Source: the human T2T-CHM13v2.0 reference genome, Homo sapiens. From it: a stretch of 64,000 bases of DNA. A program made the position numbers and the translations under genes. Below, in pieces: positions 57,171 to 64,000 of the stretch. The notes under the pieces are model-generated. The model was not told the origin of the DNA, made no database searches, and saw only the letters and a program-made list of their open reading frames with translations. The DNA lies in NCBI RefSeq assembly GCF_009914755.1, contig NC_060932.1. One strand, given 5' to 3'. Numbering within the stretch: position 1 is the stretch's first letter; every line of letters starts with the position of its first letter.

Positions 57171-57529
57171 ATTACCTATGTGTCCAAATATCAGCTCTGT
57201 AATAGCATTTTTATATACTGAATCATCTGACCAATTGAACTGTAATGCTACACCTATTATGAGGAGATCACCCTTTAGTAGAGGAATTTCCAATAGTGGC
57301 TACTACTCACATTTCCTGGAGGGTAATGACATACATTTATGTGGGTAAAGGCATGCATTTTAATCTGGGTGGCCAATATTATTAAGTGCTCTCTTTCTGA
57401 CTATGATTGATTGAATTGTAATAAAATCTTGATTGCATTATTCAATACTGCAATTATTTTTTTAGTTGCTAGTAACGCTTGTACTGACCACAGGGAAATT
57501 TCTAGGGTTCTGAACAAATAAAAATAACT

Positions 57530-57700
57530 TTTACTTGTGCAGTAATTTCTCTTGGACAAAATGCTTTCTCTTATGTTATCTCATTTAATTACAGGGACTG
57601 TGATATGAGGTACATACTATTATTTCCATTGCATACTTAAGAAAATGTTCAGAACATTTGAGTGGCTTATTCCTCTGCCTCCTAAATCCATTCTCTTTTC
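57530..57700 (-). mobile_element. MIR relic
   Basis: TTATCTCATTTAAT...TATGAGGTACATACTATTATTTCCATT. Confidence 0.55.
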
Positions 57701-60039
57701 AGTCTCATGTGTTACCTCTGGCTTGTGCTAATAGTGGGTTATCATCAGCTCACCATTAGAGGCTGCTAGCAAGCAAACCTCTGGTTCATAAAACTGAAAC
57801 CCTATTTTGAGGTTAAGTTTACTCTTTACTTCCTTGGACTGATTGATTTTTTAGAAGTAAATCAGACTTGTTACTTTATTTGGCAGAAAAGTATTTTTAA
57901 AAAACTTAAGAAAATGTGCAAATTTGGTCACTAACTCTATCATAAGGAAAGTCAATGAAAACCCCAAGGCATTTCTAATGTTTTCACTGCAGAAAAGGTC
58001 ACCTGGTTAAAATGACTCTTTGATGATAACTTAGTTGTGGTATAAAAGGCAGAAACATTGTGATATGTAGAGTTTGCAAAGGGAACACTCTGGGAAGTGT
58101 TAACTATCCAGCATTCTGAAATCCCCTTAGAGCCCCCTGCACAAGGAATGCTAAACTTATTTTCACATGTTTGTAACCTAATTAGGTCTTCAGGGATAGT
58201 CTCCTGAGGTCAGAGACTAACAATATGCCAACCCTCAGCACTGCTGTATTCACCTTAAAAAAAAAGAAAGCTTTCAGTCCTTCAGGAATAACAGTTTCAT
58301 TAAAGCAAGTAAATTCCAGGGAAAAACAATCAGGTTGTAAAGAATTTACATCCTCCTTTTTATAAATGATCCTCCTGGCTCTCTCTTTTTTAATCTTCCT
58401 AAAAGTTGGTTGGTTTTTTAATCTTCTTAAAACTGTCACTTCCCTTCCTTTCTCCCATTTTGCCCAAGCGTAGTCATTTTGATGTATTTGCAGCAGCCGA
58501 GAAGCCATTGCTGAAGACGTATGTTCTAAATATTTTCCTCAGATTCCATGTAGCTACGTAATGTGTAGAGACATTTTTCAGTGGTGCTGGGTACTGTCTT
58601 GGGGATTCAAAACTACCCCTTGAGGTACAAAGTCCTCTGTGTTAAACCTAAAATAGTAATGTTCGTTTCAATCATTTAGATTATAACTGTAGAAATGTCC
58701 TACAGGTTAGATTTTTATCATCAACGACACTTCTGTATCTATGCTTTCTTGAGGTTTAAGCCTTCTAAATGTGTTTTTCTTTAGCAAGCAACCAGTCTAA
58801 CTCACCTGCTGTTTCTATGAAATAGAGCAAAAATATGGCTTGATGAAATTTAATAGCTGATCCTTGTTTAGATATAATCTTCCCAATCAAGTTATTCTAG
58901 TGGGTGCACCTGGTTTAGGCTATAACTGCTTCATTGGAGTGGAAGACAGCAGATGAATAATATGGCGAAAGCAGAGGACAGTTGAAGCCTAGGCTGAGTT
59001 TAGCTAGTTCCTGGTGAGTATTTTGTGCCTTGTGGTTGATAAGAGTAAGGGATAAATTCCTTACCACAACACCTCGTGCGAAGATTGGTTTAAAGTGGCT
59101 GATTACCCGAAAGGCTCTCAGGAAAGAAAACCAGAGCTCAAATCAAATAGAGTAGAAAATAAAACAGTGAAGTAATTGTAAACAATTATCACCAGAAACA
59201 AGTACTGTGCAAATTATATACTCCTAAGTGGCACTAGATCATTGTCATATTAAATATATTCTAGCAACAGTTCTATGGACCTATGCCTTTTTAATGACTG
59301 AATAATTCTTAGACCATAGTGGTAAACTATAACTCTAAACCCTTTCTTTTTGTGTGCCTTAATATTCCAAATACAGTATTATGAGACTTTTTAATTTTTA
59401 ATATATCAAATATTTAATAGCTATACTTACTAAAATAACTGGGTACTTTGTGGAAGGCATGGCTTGAGGCTGATAAATTGATACCTCCATATATATAAAT
59501 GAAGGGGTTACCTGTGGTTTAGGTGACATATAAAATGGGGAACACAAAAAGCTTATTTTGTCAGAGTGTACCTTGGGGCTGCCTCTATATCACTCTGGTA
59601 TTTCGCTTTGACTGTTTATTCTCAAGGATGCTTTAGGTCTATGAATAGCATCTATTGGTCAAAAGCAACTTGTTTATTAAAACACCCATGTAGTTGAGTT
59701 TCATGAAATGTGTACTGTTTTCTCATCAAAACCATGGTCTTGTCATGGAAACCTTCATAAATCATACTCCAAGAACAGCTCCTTAACTGCCTACTGTTTT
59801 CTTTTCAAATACCTGTTGTTAATCTTGCTGACAGTTCTGACAGGCGTGTGCCTGCAGCTTTGAATTCCACATGTTGTAAGCAGCTTAAAACTTCAAGCCA
59901 AAGGAAGAATATTCATCCGTGGTAGAAACCCTAGAATCTCATGTGTGACATCATTATAGGCAGGCAGAACTCAAAGAGATTTTCCCAAGGGATCTGAAAT
60001 TTCTTTATCAATGAGATACTAATAATTTCCATTATTGAT

Positions 60040-60240
60040 GATAATAATAGCAGAATCTACTATTTGTTTAGGGCCAGCCATTCTAATATGCGTTTATCTT
60101 GATGCTTGCAATAGTCATATAAGGTAAATACTAGCTAAGGCATTAAAAATGATGAAATAAGAGGTTGTAATACCTCTAAAGTATAGCCAGAAAGTGGGAA
60201 AACAGGAGTCAAGCCCAGATATTCTTAAAAGTTTAGCTTA
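60040..60240 (-). mobile_element. MIR relic
   Basis: ATAATAATAGC start and degenerate core. Confidence 0.45.
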
Positions 60241-61109
60241 TTTCTATTTTACCAACCTGACCTTCATTCAATTTGCCCTTTCTAACTTGAAAGGAAGTGT
60301 ATCCCTTGTTTTCTCATGTTATTTACTGAATAGAGCATTATAATACCAATCAGAATCTTTCCAGAGAGGTTCTGCCAGAGAACACAGGTGGAGATCAGCT
60401 TACTCACAAGAGCTGGCTGCTGGGTGTCGCTGTAACCTCTGTCCCACTCCTCATGGAAGCCAAATGTCAGAGGTGGGTTCTGAGGTCAGTCTAGTAGGGG
60501 GAACTTGCTTCTTCAAACTCAGTGCTTGGGGTGAGTCGAGAAACTGCTCTCATTGCCCTCACTCACCTTGTAACTAGATACGTGAAAGGAGGAGAGAGAG
60601 GTTCAAGCCTCCACTTAGAGCCACAGTGGACAAACTGCTATGAAGCACCATGCATTGAGGTTCCTGCCCAGAGTTCCTGCTAGACTTAAAACCATGCCAG
60701 AGCAAGTGATACTTTGACCTTACTTGTACTTAGGAAATAGGGTGTTTGAGTTGGAAGGAATACACAGTGTTTTCGTACCTTGCTTGACTGTCAGGCCTTC
60801 CTCCCCAAGCTCCCAAAGAAGGATTATAAAAGTTGCTAACGGGTTTGAAAGTAGAACATATGGGATTCCAGAATTACAAAGGACCTTGTGAATTTCTAAC
60901 TTCCTTGTTTTATGAGGGAACTGAATCCCAGAAAAAGTGACATAATGTAAGGTTTGAGCCCTTAGCATGGCCAAGGTCTTCATCTGCCTGCAAGACAAGA
61001 CCCAGCGAAGTCTTGGCCCACTCTCCTCCTAGTCTTCTTTCACCTGCCCTGCCTCTGACTCCCTGCCCCCTGTCTGTTTGCTGAACTCGCCTTGCATGTT
61101 CATATCTGT

Positions 61110-61410
61110 CTATAACACTCTTGCCCCAGATACTTGTTGGTGAACTCACTTAGCCCAGTTTTTAGATGAAATATCGCCCCCCCCTTTTTTTTTTGCAATG
61201 CTTTCTTAGACTGGCCCTCTAAAATAGCATCTTCATCCTTCTCTGTCCCCTTATTCTGATTTCATTTTCTTTATAGCACTTGTCCACTTTCATTTGTCTT
61301 TTCCTATGAGCCCCAAGAAGGCAGGTTTTTTGTTTTGTTTTGTTTTAATGTGGTATCCTTAAGCAAGTGTGTCATCCAATAAATAATAACTGAAAGAATA
61401 AGTGGGTGAG
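61110..61410 (+). mobile_element. L2 3' relic
   Basis: TTTTCTTTATAGCACTT...GAGCCCCAAGAAGGCAGG...CAATAAATA. Confidence 0.55.
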
Positions 61411-61604
61411 TGAATACCCATTTGTTCTGTTTTGCTCACTATGTTCTACTTGAAGGATAAATATAGAACTGTATTTATTCTTCAGGTATTGCCTTCTCCA
61501 GAATTCTCTATTGTCATTTGGCTAAAGGCTCCTCATTCTGGGTTTCCACATCACTCTCTATCTTAGCACTTAGCAAAATATGTTGTGTCACCCTTTACCA
61601 TACA

Positions 61605-62130
61605 TCTTGACTCAGGCTTCTTTGGACGCAGTCCTGAGACAAGAGCATGGGTGCAGATGATTTGTTTGGTTGGTGATCCCAGGGAGAAGAGATGAGGGGT
61701 TGAGAATAGTGAAGACTGAGGAATGAGGATAGAGATGGAGGAAAAGCCAATATAAAACTCTGATTGAGAGGTTGCTGCTATGGACAATGGGGGCCTGAGA
61801 CCCCTAGGACCAGAGAAACCTACAGAATATTTTGCAGAATTGTCTGCTATTTATCCACCAGCTCCTGAGGCTGGTCCTGGATGGTAACTCCCAGACACAT
61901 CCCAGCTTCAGGTATTATCTCCTCCTGAAGTCTTCCCAGCTTCATAGGAGCAAAAACAGCTCCCGGTGGTATCCAGTAGCAGAGAAGATATGGCACATGC
62001 TTGAAAGGAGAAGCTGTTAGCACATCAGGAATCAGGAATTGAAGCACACTTGGAACTCTCTATCCAGACATGGATGGAATCAGAGATGAGGCCAACAGGA
62101 AGTAAACAGAGTTCCCATAGGTGTCTGATA
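61605..62130 (-). mobile_element. LTR16C-like ERVL LTR
   Basis: CCTGAGACAAG...GGTGATCCCAGG...AAAGCCAATA...TATTTATCCACCAGCTCC. Confidence 0.6.
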
Positions 62131-62199
62131 CTGGCATACAGTACAACTTCAACAAATGTTTATGGAATTGACTTAACTAAAATGAGATTATGACATAAC

Positions 62200-62400
62200 C
62201 TTGGGCTCAAGAAATAGGCTTAAGTTTAAATCCCTGTTCTGTCATGAAACCTTGAAACAATTATATCACTTTTTTAGACCTTAGATCTTTCATCTGAAAA
62301 GTGGGATAATATTAGTTATTATTTTTTAAATGAGAAAGTTGATACAGAATCCACAGTGTTTAACAAGCAGAATGAGCTAAATAATGGTGAACTACATTAC
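62200..62400 (+). mobile_element. MIR relic
   Basis: TTTCATCTGAAAAGTGGGATAATA core. Confidence 0.55.
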
Positions 62401-62832
62401 ATATAATAATAAATAATAATTAGCTCACTTTAATTTGCCAAGCACTGTGAAATCTGTGGTTATTGACCTGATTATGGATGTGGCCTAAGCTTCCCAAATC
62501 CCAGCCCAGTGCTTTTCTACCACCTGTGTTTCCTCTAACATCACAGAGGCAACTTGACTCTGGTTCCTGTGTGTGAATGGGAGCTCAACTCTTACCAGGT
62601 CCATCCACATTCTCAGAGTTTCCATAAAGAGATCAGAACGTTTCTGTTGGAGATGGTGGACTGGCCACAAGGCTTACCTCCTCTCTTTCCTCAGAATCCC
62701 TTAAAATTATATATATACTGAACCAAAAAAGATATAAATCTGTAGTAACAAAGAGAATACGTTCATCAGTAGATAAGAAATGATAACACAATTGCAATAA
62801 TTGGTCAAATAGATACCAGTTTTTTAAACACT

Positions 62833-63130
<298 letters not shown>

Positions 63131-63470
63131 TAAACACTACTTAATTCATGTTCTTAGATAAGTGCTGGTATACAATAAGCACTTATTTGTAGAATGAATA
63201 AAGGAAGATATACAAATAAGCAATCTAGACATATTATTTGGAAACCAATAGGTAAGCATCAGGAAAAGTTAAAGCAGAAACAGATAAAGTGGTTCTCTCC
63301 AGAAGCAGGACTTAGAATGGGAAAAGGGAGTGGCAACAGATTGTTGATTTCCATTATAAATTAGCTTTTATTATTATTTTATTTTTCAATATGTGTTCAT
63401 ATGTTACTGTAAAAAAAAATTAAAAAAAATTTTAAGATGTTTAAGAGGAGAGACACCTGTGAGCCCCTTC

Positions 63471-63836
<366 letters not shown>

Positions 63837-64000
63837 TGACCGAAGAGACAGGTCCTGCAATCCATGTGAAATGGTCATCTGATAGAATCTTGACATGTAT
63901 GATAATCACCAACATGTGTGGGGTGGAGATTATCTGTCAATAAAACTGCAGAAGATCCAAGAGCAATATGTAATTCTTGTTGATTTGTTTCAGGAAATGG

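Noticed and set aside
58182-58508. 108-aa minus ORF (MASRLLQIHQ...)
   Set aside because: Reads through a poly(T) pyrimidine tract (FFFK) and has no recognisable homology

Overview
AT-rich, repeat-dense primate (human-like) nuclear DNA from an intergenic or intronic region. I recognise no cellular protein-coding exon, tRNA/rRNA gene, CRISPR array or host-gene CpG island. A large share of the window is interspersed repeat. The largest element is a full-length but dead L1PA3-type LINE-1 (14178-20321, 13-bp TSD) that keeps an open antisense ORF0 and the ~129-bp ZNF93-target 5'UTR segment. Also present: several truncated L1PA/L1PB/L1M fragments, about 11 Alus, a Tigger3-family transposon, MER3/MER58A/MER5 MITEs, MSTA/MLT1/LTR16 LTRs, a solo LTR12F, L2 and MIR relics, and a 1.1-kb GA/GT expansion. 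The most interesting leads are: (1) a self-consistent but unproven minus-strand transcript model in which L1 ORF0 splices in frame into a non-repeat exon at 7104-6897 and then a terminal exon at 3319; (2) an L1PB insertion carrying an apparent ~146-bp 3' transduction; (3) a consensus DR5 element made by an 11-bp tandem duplication; (4) a tail-less Alu with intact TSDs; (5) a solo LTR12F with a copy-specific splice donor. Repeat subfamily names come from remembered consensus sequences, by eye, and need RepeatMasker/Dfam confirmation. Boundaries of old repeats are approximate.
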